Source: a virus
Taxonomy: Duplodnaviria > Caudoviricetes
DNA length: 64,000 nucleotides
Virus record (IMG/VR): IMGVR_UViG_3300028833_000158
Location: 1,274-65,273 of that record
Direction: 5' to 3' (one strand)
Of the stretch, positions 37,317 through 45,166 are shown piece by piece. A model generated the notes under the pieces. That model saw nothing but the letters and a program-made list of their open reading frames with translations. It was not told the origin of the DNA and did not search any database. Every line of letters starts with the position of its first letter. Position 1 is the stretch's first letter. Position numbers and translations under genes: made by a program.

Positions 37317-37853
37317 ATGAGTAAATCAATATGGATTTTTGAAGAAGATCAAGCCAATATAATTGCAGTGGGAAAGAGCGAATTAAAAAATTTCAATCTT
37401 TACAGCATAGATGAGATATTTATTCCAAAAAAGAAAGTTATTATAAAACATGCAAGAAAAGATTCAGAGTATTTAATAATTCGTATTCATGGAGACAATA
37501 CGAAATATTTAGTTAAATCAAATGATGTGAAAAACGATCACATTATTAGCCATGTTGAATATTTTTGGAATGGTGCTAGAAGTATTGAAGCTGAACCATT
37601 AACTGACGACACTATTGAAATATGTAAAAATAGAGGAATCAAAGTTTTTACTGCAAGACACTGGTGGCCTGGTAATAGTGTTTATGATAAAATTCACACC
37701 ATGTATCATGCTTCTTCTAACATGACAGATGAAGAAATATCGGCATATTGTTTAAAAGAAGAGCAAGATACTCAATTGGAATTAGAAAATTTTCGTAGAA
37801 AAGAAAAAGAAAGAGGAAGTGTCAATAATCATGCTTTGTTTGTAAAAATTTGA
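37317..37853 (+). CDS. Hypothetical protein (AT-rich)
   Basis: ORF with GAGGTG RBS. Confidence 0.65.
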   Translation: MSKSIWIFEEDQANIIAVGKSELKNFNLYSIDEIFIPKKKVIIKHARKDSEYLIIRIHGDNTKYLVKSNDVKNDHIISHVEYFWNGARSIEAEPLTDDTIEICKNRGIKVFTARHWWPGNSVYDKIHTMYHASSNMTDEEISAYCLKEEQDTQLELENFRRKEKERGSVNNHALFVKI

Positions 37854-37872
37854 TTAAAAAGGAGGTAACAGA

Positions 37873-38109
37873 ATGAAAGTCTTGATCATGATTTACATTC
37901 TAATTGGTTTTGTTATTGATGTTATACTTGCTATAGGATTAATCTATTTAAATGAGGGTAAGGTTACACTAGATAAAATAGCTAAGGACTTTAAAAAGAA
38001 GCATCTTAACCTTATCTTGGCGTTATTTTTCATAGAAATGCTGTTTATATGGCCATATGTTATGTTCATATATAAACCAAAAAGTGACATGGAGGTATCT
38101 GATGAGTGA
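37873..38109 (+). CDS. Two-TM membrane protein
   Basis: AAAAGGAGG RBS; hydrophobic. Confidence 0.65.
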   Translation: MKVLIMIYILIGFVIDVILAIGLIYLNEGKVTLDKIAKDFKKKHLNLILALFFIEMLFIWPYVMFIYKPKSDMEVSDE

Positions 38110-38383
38110 TCTTTACAGAGAGAAAGATGGTCAGCTGTCATTCGTAAAGCCAGTCAAAGAAACCGATAAGCGGAGCTTGTATAAGTATACAGGCCCCGTT
38201 TTTCGTTTCGATCAGTGTATTGCCACAGTAACCCTTGAAACCTGGGCCAATACTCCGGCAAAGGCATATAGTAATATGGTCTATCAGGTTAAGCAGAGAC
38301 TTGGCTATCAGCCTACTGCTCAACTAAGAATAAGCAAAAATTTAATTATTAAGGAGGAATTGAAATATGGGAAGACTTGTTAA
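38102..38383 (+). CDS. Conserved hypothetical protein
   Basis: GGAGG RBS; Y.YTGPV.RFD.CI....LETWA.T.AKA.SN..YQ.K pattern. Confidence 0.7.
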   Translation: MSDLYREKDGQLSFVKPVKETDKRSLYKYTGPVFRFDQCIATVTLETWANTPAKAYSNMVYQVKQRLGYQPTAQLRISKNLIIKEELKYGKTC

Positions 38384-38525
38384 TGCAGCACTTATCGTAG
38401 CAGCTATAGGTATAGCTTACGAGTGTGGAAGAGAAAAAGGAGCACGAGATATGTTCTTTAAGTGGACTGAGGCTGTTCTCACAGTTAAAGCCAACGAGGA
38501 GAAGGAGATCGAGAAAGATGAATGA
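38367..38525 (+). CDS. 52-aa hypothetical protein
   Basis: AAGGAGG RBS; MGRLVNAALIVAAIGIAYECG. Confidence 0.55.
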   Translation: MGRLVNAALIVAAIGIAYECGREKGARDMFFKWTEAVLTVKANEEKEIEKDE

Positions 38526-38715
38526 TCTTCGTACAGAGGGGTGCGCCAAATGCGGTGTACCTCTCTTTGAAACCATAGATGGCAGTAATTATAGAAAGAT
38601 ATTTCGTTCGTTTGCCACTAAAAGTGTTAATGATGTTGAGTTGCATTTCTGCATTGATTGCTATAAACAGTTGAATAATAAGTTTGAAGAGGAGAAACAG
38701 GATGAAATGGTGTGA
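38518..38715 (+). CDS. Zinc-finger small protein
   Basis: CAKC...CIDC; AAGGAG RBS. Confidence 0.6.
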   Translation: MNDLRTEGCAKCGVPLFETIDGSNYRKIFRSFATKSVNDVELHFCIDCYKQLNNKFEEEKQDEMV

Positions 38716-39175
38716 CAAGTTTGGTTATCCACAATTAAAAGAAGAAGTTATTAAGCGCGATCCCCAGGCAATTAAAGAAATTCTAGAACTACGTTCTCAG
38801 GATCTTGGTATGCATACTATTGCTAAGACCTTAATTGATAGGCATGTCAGTTATAGAATACCTGAGGGTGATAAAAGGATAGATGATCTGGCTTTCAGTG
38901 AAGGCGGAATTTATGATATTTTATTACCCAAGCCTAAAGACGGATACGACCTCGATGGTTTGAGGAATCTTGCTACTTCTGTTATTGGATGTGCAGTGGA
39001 GGATTATGGATATTCTTTGTCTCATAATATGTCCAACGAGCATCCTGCTTCTGAAAAGTTCTTTACTTCGGGATTGTGTGATTTATATTTAGGTGTGTTT
39101 GATGTTCCTATGACAGGAAAAGATGTAATGAACGAAGTTAAAAATAGGGTAGCTAATGGAGCACGTTGGAGGTAA
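38702..39175 (+). CDS. Hypothetical protein
   Basis: GAGGAG RBS; C-terminal LA..VI..AVEDY...L...SE.FF.S pattern. Confidence 0.7.
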   Translation: MKWCDKFGYPQLKEEVIKRDPQAIKEILELRSQDLGMHTIAKTLIDRHVSYRIPEGDKRIDDLAFSEGGIYDILLPKPKDGYDLDGLRNLATSVIGCAVEDYGYSLSHNMSNEHPASEKFFTSGLCDLYLGVFDVPMTGKDVMNEVKNRVANGARWR

Positions 39176-39178
39176 ATC

Positions 39179-39406
39179 ATGATAGATGCATTATTGATAT
39201 TTGTGCTGTTCTTATCTCTGTTTCTAAACTTTTGCCTAATATCGAGGATCCTTTGCCATGATGCAGAGTTCTATCTGGATATTTCTGACCCAGAAAACGT
39301 AAAGCCGATTCTCAAATTTGACATTGACGAAGTAGAGAATAAGCCGTTCTTTATAGTAAAGGTCATAAAGAAAGAAAATAATTCATGCAATATTAAGGAG
39401 CGGTAA
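39179..39406 (+). CDS. Small membrane-anchored protein
   Basis: GGAGG RBS; N-terminal TM. Confidence 0.6.
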   Translation: MIDALLIFVLFLSLFLNFCLISRILCHDAEFYLDISDPENVKPILKFDIDEVENKPFFIVKVIKKENNSCNIKER

Positions 39407-39431
39407 CGCTATTTTACCATAGGAGGTAACA

Positions 39432-39812
39432 ATGGAAGAAGAACTTGACAAATTAAAGGAGGCTTTGACTAAGTCTACTGAAAAGTATCTTGCAAGCGTT
39501 GAAGAAGGATCAGACTCGAAAGCAGCAGCAGACGAGATGTGCCACATCGCTGAAACCACGGCAAAAATCGAAGATTTAGCTGAACAGAGAAAAACCGAAA
39601 AGGCAAAGATTAATCTGGAAAAGTTAAAGAATGGATTAATGATCGTGGGAGCAGCAATAGGTACATTTGCAATGCGATATGTGCTTCAGAAGGATGATCA
39701 GCATTTCAGACGTAACATGCAGCGAGAAAACTGGCAGAATGAAAGAGACGGAGTTATTATGTCTCCGACTGGAAAGTATTGGAACCAGGAAAGCGTAAAA
39801 AACAGTAAGTAA
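39432..39812 (+). CDS. Hypothetical coiled-coil/TM protein
   Basis: AGGAGG RBS. Confidence 0.7.
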   Translation: MEEELDKLKEALTKSTEKYLASVEEGSDSKAAADEMCHIAETTAKIEDLAEQRKTEKAKINLEKLKNGLMIVGAAIGTFAMRYVLQKDDQHFRRNMQRENWQNERDGVIMSPTGKYWNQESVKNSK

Positions 39813-39858
39813 CGCACCAATTGAGAGATTGATATTTATTATCGGTCTCTCTTTTTCT

Positions 39859-39885
39859 TCGCAATAAAAACACTTCCTTTAATGG
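39859..39885 (+). promoter_or_regulatory. Promoter-like motif copy
   Basis: TCGCAATAAAAACACTTCCTTTAATGG; G39861 to ATG 39882 = 21 nt. Confidence 0.7.
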
Positions 39886-39900
39886 AAGGAGGTGATATGT

Positions 39901-40065
39901 ATGATTTTATTCACAATCATGGCATTAATAATAGTTTTAGTATGTATTGCCATCGTAGCAATAGGCGGTGCCTATCTGTTAATAAGATGGATAATACCAG
40001 TAGGACTATTGATATTGCTGGTATATGTAATAATAAAGATGATACAATCACTATTCAGAAAGTGA
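39901..40065 (+). CDS. 54-aa two-TM membrane peptide (frame differs from ORF track)
   Basis: MILFTIMALIIVLVCIAIVAIGGAYLLIRWIIPVGLLILLVYVIIKMIQSLFRK; GGAGG 8 nt upstream. Confidence 0.65.
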   Translation: MILFTIMALIIVLVCIAIVAIGGAYLLIRWIIPVGLLILLVYVIIKMIQSLFRK

Positions 40066-40119
40066 AACTTTAAGAGGACTGGTATATTCTGGTCCTCTAA
40101 ATTTTTGAAAGGAGACTAA

Positions 40120-40944
40120 ATGAGAATTAAGGATGTTCTACCAATTGCATTAACCGCTATTTCTGTTGTTGGAAGCATAGCAGCAGTTATTATGGCAGCA
40201 AATGAAACACCAAAAGCCGTAGAGATTTTAGACGATAAGAGACTCGAAATAGACCCAACAGGTGAGACTGATATTTCTGTAAAGGAAAAAGCGATCATAT
40301 GCGCAAAGAGCTATTGGAAGACTGAAGTTCTGATTGGTGTATCCATAACTGCAAGCATAGCATCGTGTGTCATTGGTCATAAGAATTATCGTGCGCTTAT
40401 GGCTTCAACTGCTGTTTTATCAACTGCTTATGCTAAGCATAAAGATAAAGTAAAGAAGTTCATAGGTGAGGAAAAGGCTAAACTTATCGATCAGCAAGTA
40501 AAAGAAAGCATGAAACTGGAGAAAGCCAAGAATCCTACAGAGCTTGTGTGGTTCTATGATACAGTTTCAGATACATATTTCCAGATGACTTGGCAAGATT
40601 ATTGGAATGCTAAGATCTGCGCAAACCGTGACATTAATACTTACGGTGATATTTCTCTTGGAAACATGTTTCCTAACATAAAGAACTACATGGAAGATAA
40701 GAACTGTGCAGATTATACTTGGTTCTATGATGACATAGTCGAGAACTATGGCTATCCTTGGCTTGATATTTATGAGGAAGCATGGAATATGCCGTATACC
40801 GAGGGAGATAAGAATAACTATGACAAATCCATTCGTGACGGAAAGCCCACATGGGTTATAAGGTATGGTATTTGGCCTCTTCCTCCAGATGTGGCTAGGG
40901 ATCTTCAATATATTGGCACAGAATCAGATCAGGCAGCAACGTAA
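40120..40944 (+). CDS. DUF6353-like protein, paralog 1
   Basis: Hydrophobic N-terminus, A..ETPKA..IL, K.YWK, S..S...G, C-terminal FYD..S..YF. Confidence 0.65.
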   Translation: MRIKDVLPIALTAISVVGSIAAVIMAANETPKAVEILDDKRLEIDPTGETDISVKEKAIICAKSYWKTEVLIGVSITASIASCVIGHKNYRALMASTAVLSTAYAKHKDKVKKFIGEEKAKLIDQQVKESMKLEKAKNPTELVWFYDTVSDTYFQMTWQDYWNAKICANRDINTYGDISLGNMFPNIKNYMEDKNCADYTWFYDDIVENYGYPWLDIYEEAWNMPYTEGDKNNYDKSIRDGKPTWVIRYGIWPLPPDVARDLQYIGTESDQAAT

Positions 40945-40965
40945 ATATTTCACCTTCTATTATGG
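40940..40965 (+). promoter_or_regulatory. Promoter-like motif copy
   Basis: CGTAAATATTTCACCTTCTATTATGG; G40941 to ATG 40962. Confidence 0.7.
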
Positions 40966-40980
40966 AAAGGAGGTTAAATT

Positions 40981-41145
40981 ATGAAGTTCAAAAGTAAGAT
41001 ATTTTGGGCAGTATTAACTATTATAATGGGCGCTACTGAAATAGCAACAGCGTCTAAAGATATTTATGATGCTGCAAAATTAAAGAAAGCTTTAGAACCT
41101 AAGAAACTTAGCGATCCGGTAGTTGAAAAAGAGGGGGACCAGTAA
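40981..41145 (+). CDS. 54-aa hypothetical protein
   Basis: AAAGGAGG RBS; stop in the CAGTAATG hairpin loop. Confidence 0.6.
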   Translation: MKFKSKIFWAVLTIIMGATEIATASKDIYDAAKLKKALEPKKLSDPVVEKEGDQ

Positions 41146-41182
41146 TGGTCCTCTTCCTTTTATATTTTTGGAAAGGAGTAAA

Positions 41183-41971
41183 ATGAATATTCGTTCAATA
41201 TTTGGAGCCCTGCGTTCAGGGGTTGTCAAACATAGTCCTGAAATATTAACTGCTGTAGGAACGATAGGACTTATAGCTGCTGGTGTTATGGCTGTAAATC
41301 AGACTCCTAAGGCTGTTAAAATTCTGGAAGATTATAGCAATGATGTTAGTGTAGAGGAACCAATAACACCTCAAGAAAAGTTTAAAATGTGCTGGAAGTT
41401 GTATCTTCCTTCAGTATTAATGGCGACAACATCTGTAGCCAGTATTATATTTGCCAGGAGAATAGATTCCAAACGAATGGCAGCATGGGCAGCTGCATAT
41501 CAGATGTCTGAAACGGCTATAAATAGACTCGAGCAAACTATAAAGGATGAGTACGGAGAACGAAAACTCAAGAAGCTCGAGCAGCAGTCTGATATTAAAT
41601 TACTTGAGGAAAATCCTATAAATCCTGACGAGATAGTCAATACTGGAGATGGTGATGATCTATTCTGCGATTATTATTCAGGTGGATATTTTAGATCTAC
41701 TCCGGAAGCTGTAAGAGCTAGATATAATCATTGGATCGCGAAATTACAGAGAAACGATTCAATGAGTGTTAATAGTTGGGTGACAGAGCTGGAACTACGT
41801 CCTATGGGTGATGATGTTGGCGAAGAAATGGGCTTTACATCGTCTATGTATCAGAATAGAGAGCTTGATGACGAGCCGATATTCGAATATGGTCCTGGAT
41901 ATTTAGGAAAGCCGTGTGCAGTTGTCAAACTGTCTTGTAGACCTACCGTAGACTACAAATACAACTATTAA
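41183..41971 (+). CDS. DUF6353-like protein, paralog 2
   Basis: KHSPEILTAVG..G, AVNQTPKAVKIL, WKLY.P, LFCDYYSG.YF.S. Confidence 0.7.
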   Translation: MNIRSIFGALRSGVVKHSPEILTAVGTIGLIAAGVMAVNQTPKAVKILEDYSNDVSVEEPITPQEKFKMCWKLYLPSVLMATTSVASIIFARRIDSKRMAAWAAAYQMSETAINRLEQTIKDEYGERKLKKLEQQSDIKLLEENPINPDEIVNTGDGDDLFCDYYSGGYFRSTPEAVRARYNHWIAKLQRNDSMSVNSWVTELELRPMGDDVGEEMGFTSSMYQNRELDDEPIFEYGPGYLGKPCAVVKLSCRPTVDYKYNY

Positions 41972-41976
41972 TTCAT

Positions 41977-42001
41977 CGCAAAAAATTCATATATTATTAT
42001 G
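41977..42001 (+). promoter_or_regulatory. Promoter-like motif copy
   Basis: CGCAAAAAATTCATATATTATTATG; G41978 to ATG 41999. Confidence 0.7.
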
Positions 42002-42045
42002 AGGCAACTAACAACCAGCTCACATTCACACGAAAGGAGAATAAA

Positions 42046-42357
42046 ATGAGCAAAGAAAAGGAAGTTAAGGAAGTAAAGGAACAGGAAGTTAAGGCAGTTG
42101 AGCCCGAGAAGAAGGAAGAAAAGAAATCTATACGTCAGAAGATGGCAGAGAAGAAGGAAGCTTTTGTAGAGAAGCATCCTAAGGCAGCAAAAAGGATTTC
42201 TACCGTAGGTAAGGTAGGAACTGGAGTTGTGTTAGGTGTTATCGCAAAGTTTGGATTCGACGCAATCACAGACGCGATTTCTGGATCATCAAACTCAGGT
42301 GATGTCATTGACACCACTTATACAGATGTAACTACTGATAATAGCAATAACTCGTAA
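42046..42357 (+). CDS. K/E-rich protein with C-terminal hydrophobic segment
   Basis: AAAGGAG RBS. Confidence 0.7.
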   Translation: MSKEKEVKEVKEQEVKAVEPEKKEEKKSIRQKMAEKKEAFVEKHPKAAKRISTVGKVGTGVVLGVIAKFGFDAITDAISGSSNSGDVIDTTYTDVTTDNSNNS

Positions 42358-42433
42358 AGAGCGTTGTTAGCCTCCATTTAGAGAGATCAGAAATGGTCTC
42401 TCTATTTTATTTTTTCTTTTGAAAGGAAATGCT

Positions 42434-43099
42434 ATGGAAAAGTTACCAAACAACTCAGATTCTGCTAATAATAAGCAGAAACCGTCAATAAATACAAACG
42501 TAAATAAAATTGACGGAATAAGTGCAAGTCACAGACCAACATTCTTGAAAATGCTAAAGACAAGTATATTTCCTGAGAATATGACTGTTATGGATCTTGT
42601 TCAAGATGTTGTAGTTCCGGCTATTAGAGATGGAATGTTTGATATTTTGATGAGTTCTATAGATCATTGGAGAGCTGGTGTCGGAGGCTCTTCCATGATA
42701 AGAACCGGAACTCGTATCAATGGAAATGTTGCAACTAGAATAACATCTGGAACTAACTATAACAGGATTTCTAGAATAAGCCAGAACTACGAGAAACCTC
42801 AGGTAATCGTAACAGCTCCGACATATGATGATATTTTCATAGAAGATGGAGTTGACAAGAATGGCAAATTTATGAGCGGAGCAGTAAGAGCTCAGCTGGT
42901 TATTGCTCAACTTGATGACGATATAGCAAAGTATCAGGTAGCCAGAGTATCCGATTTGTTTAAGTATTGCGGATTGTCACCGTCACCTAACGGATCTGAT
43001 TTCAACTACGGATGGACAAATCTTAGTGAAGCAGGATACAAGCCCTGCAGAGGCGGAGTACGTCTGGTATTACCTGAAGCTATGCAGATAGATGATTGA
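42434..43099 (+). CDS. Conserved hypothetical phage protein
   Basis: LPNNS, DVVVPAI.D...D, A.V.DL....G......D..YGWT.L, L.LP.A..ID. Confidence 0.75.
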   Translation: MEKLPNNSDSANNKQKPSINTNVNKIDGISASHRPTFLKMLKTSIFPENMTVMDLVQDVVVPAIRDGMFDILMSSIDHWRAGVGGSSMIRTGTRINGNVATRITSGTNYNRISRISQNYEKPQVIVTAPTYDDIFIEDGVDKNGKFMSGAVRAQLVIAQLDDDIAKYQVARVSDLFKYCGLSPSPNGSDFNYGWTNLSEAGYKPCRGGVRLVLPEAMQIDD

Positions 43100-43111
43100 A
43101 AGGAGTAAAAA

Positions 43112-44038
43112 ATGAAAATCAAAGTTCCCACAAAAGCCGTTAACATGGCAATAAACTTATTAGGAAAGGTGAAGCAGTATTCACCTCAGATCATGATGGC
43201 AGTAGGAGCTGCAACTTCTGTGGCAGCAGTCGTAGAGGCAGTTAAACAGACTCCTAAAGCTATTGATATTCTCGAGGAGCATAAGAAAGAGCTCGAGACA
43301 TTTAAAGAGGTTCTTGATGAAAAGCCTGAACAGTATCAGGTTGCTGATTATAAGAAGGACACATATGCACTTTGCATTAGAACTGGTCTTAAACTTACAA
43401 AGACGTTTGCTATGCCTATGATCATGGAAGCAGCGTCTCTTATTTGTTTCTTCGGTGCTCATAAAATTATGAGTAATAGAAATAAGACATTGTCAGTTGC
43501 TCTTGCGACGATGACCGATGCGTATAACAGTTATCGTAATAAGATGATCGAAGCACTTGGAGAGGAAAAGGAAGAGCAGATAAGACTCGGTACAACTAAA
43601 GACAAGATCACTAAAGAAATAACGGATAAATCTGGAGAGGTTAAAAAAGTAACTGAACGGATTGACGTTGTTGATCCGAGTAATATTGGCCCTTATGATA
43701 TTCTCTGGGTTGAGGGTGATCCAGGATTCGATCAGTCCGAAGAACTTAGAACGTTATATAAGGCAAATGTCGCTGACATGTGGACTAAATTTATATATGA
43801 AACAAAAGTCAGAGATAAGGTGCCTCTTGCTGAAATCACCAAATACTTTAAAGACAATAAAGAAGCTTATTCAAACGAACTTCACATAGTCGCTGGATAC
43901 AAGCAGTCTGATGATGACAAAAGAGTAATAATAAGATCCAAAAACGTTGAAGTTAAGCAGCCCAATGGCTTATATCTTGATGGAGAGGTTCTGTCATTCA
44001 ATGTACAGGGTTCAATAGTTCCGTCAATAATAAAGTAA
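43112..44038 (+). CDS. DUF6353-like protein, paralog 3
   Basis: KQYSPQIMMA.G, AVKQTPKA..IL, GAHKIM..RN..L..A......AY..YR. Confidence 0.7.
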   Translation: MKIKVPTKAVNMAINLLGKVKQYSPQIMMAVGAATSVAAVVEAVKQTPKAIDILEEHKKELETFKEVLDEKPEQYQVADYKKDTYALCIRTGLKLTKTFAMPMIMEAASLICFFGAHKIMSNRNKTLSVALATMTDAYNSYRNKMIEALGEEKEEQIRLGTTKDKITKEITDKSGEVKKVTERIDVVDPSNIGPYDILWVEGDPGFDQSEELRTLYKANVADMWTKFIYETKVRDKVPLAEITKYFKDNKEAYSNELHIVAGYKQSDDDKRVIIRSKNVEVKQPNGLYLDGEVLSFNVQGSIVPSIIK

Positions 44039-44050
44039 AGGAGAATCAGC

Positions 44051-44650
44051 ATGAAAGTCATTGATATTTTGTTTGCGGCAGTAGGAGCAGGAATAGGATC
44101 CGGAATTACTTACTTCGTAATGAAAAAGAAGATTGAAAAGAAGTCAGAAGAAGTAAATGATATTCGTGAGATGTATAACGAAAGGATCAGAAATATCGAA
44201 AAGGCTCGTACTGAGATCGACACCATGAACGAGAAGAAAGAAGAAATAGCAAAGGAAGTCGAAAAGAAGGTTGAAGAAGATCCTATAGCTAATTCTGAAA
44301 ACTTCATAGATTACTCAGCCATAAGTAAGAAGGGAAAGAAGTCCAAAAAAGGTAATAGTCCTATAAAGATCATATCTGAATCTGAAGCTCAGCAGTATAG
44401 CAAAGATTATGAGCTTATAGGTCTTAGCTTATATGAAGATGATGTTTTGATTGACGACGAGACAGAGAACATTATATCTCCGTCTGAAATGACGTATTGG
44501 ATTGGAGAGAATGGAATTGAGAACATAAGGAATTCGTTCGAAAGTAACGGCGGAACTTATATTCTTAACGAAACTCGTAAGGCTATATATGACATCACCC
44601 TTCTTGACGAAAGGTTCGGTGATGACTATGAACCTGTCACAATCGAGTAA
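44051..44650 (+). CDS. Conserved hypothetical protein with N-terminal anchor
   Basis: GAG.GS..TYF..KKK, acidic C-terminus with L.LY.DDVL.DD. Confidence 0.75.
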   Translation: MKVIDILFAAVGAGIGSGITYFVMKKKIEKKSEEVNDIREMYNERIRNIEKARTEIDTMNEKKEEIAKEVEKKVEEDPIANSENFIDYSAISKKGKKSKKGNSPIKIISESEAQQYSKDYELIGLSLYEDDVLIDDETENIISPSEMTYWIGENGIENIRNSFESNGGTYILNETRKAIYDITLLDERFGDDYEPVTIE

Positions 44651-45152
44651 GTATTTTAGATCCATATGTCGATTAGTTTGGGATGACCGATTCGGAAAAA
44701 GTTATCGACTGCTTTTTGAGCATTTATATTCTAGGGACTTTGAATGGTCTATTATCATGGATCGTAACAGAGCTATAGATGGTATTTGTTTGCGAGAAAA
44801 GTATGGATGTAGTAACAGCTTATTGAACGAACCTTGCTCAGTTCTAGAAATGCTAATAGCTTTAGCAGCCAGAATGGAAAATCAGATTATGTCTAGTTTC
44901 GATGCTGGAGATAGAACTGGGCAATGGTTCTGGACAATGATTAATAATCTTGAGTTAAATAAATTGGATGACGATCATTTTAACGCAGAGTTGGCTGATT
45001 ATTACATAGATCGATTTCTTTATAGGGAATACGAGTTTGATGGGTCTGGTGGAGGTTTATTCGTATTAGATAGACCTCCGCAAGATTTAAGAGATGTTGA
45101 AATATGGATACAAGCTAATTGGTATCTTGGAGAAATGGATGGATATTTGTAG
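44622..45152 (+). CDS. Conserved hypothetical phage protein
   Basis: F.W.I.MD.NRA.DG..LR, CSVLEMLIALA.R, QWFW.M..NL.L, Y..DG.GG.F, EIW.Q..WY. Confidence 0.8.
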   Translation: MTMNLSQSSKYFRSICRLVWDDRFGKSYRLLFEHLYSRDFEWSIIMDRNRAIDGICLREKYGCSNSLLNEPCSVLEMLIALAARMENQIMSSFDAGDRTGQWFWTMINNLELNKLDDDHFNAELADYYIDRFLYREYEFDGSGGGLFVLDRPPQDLRDVEIWIQANWYLGEMDGYL

Positions 45153-45166
45153 ACGGAGGTATATTA

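Noticed and set aside
39882-40073. ORF-track protein MEGGDMYDF
   Set aside because: It starts at the promoter-motif ATG; the overlapping frame 39901..40065 has proper RBS spacing and encodes a coherent two-TM peptide.
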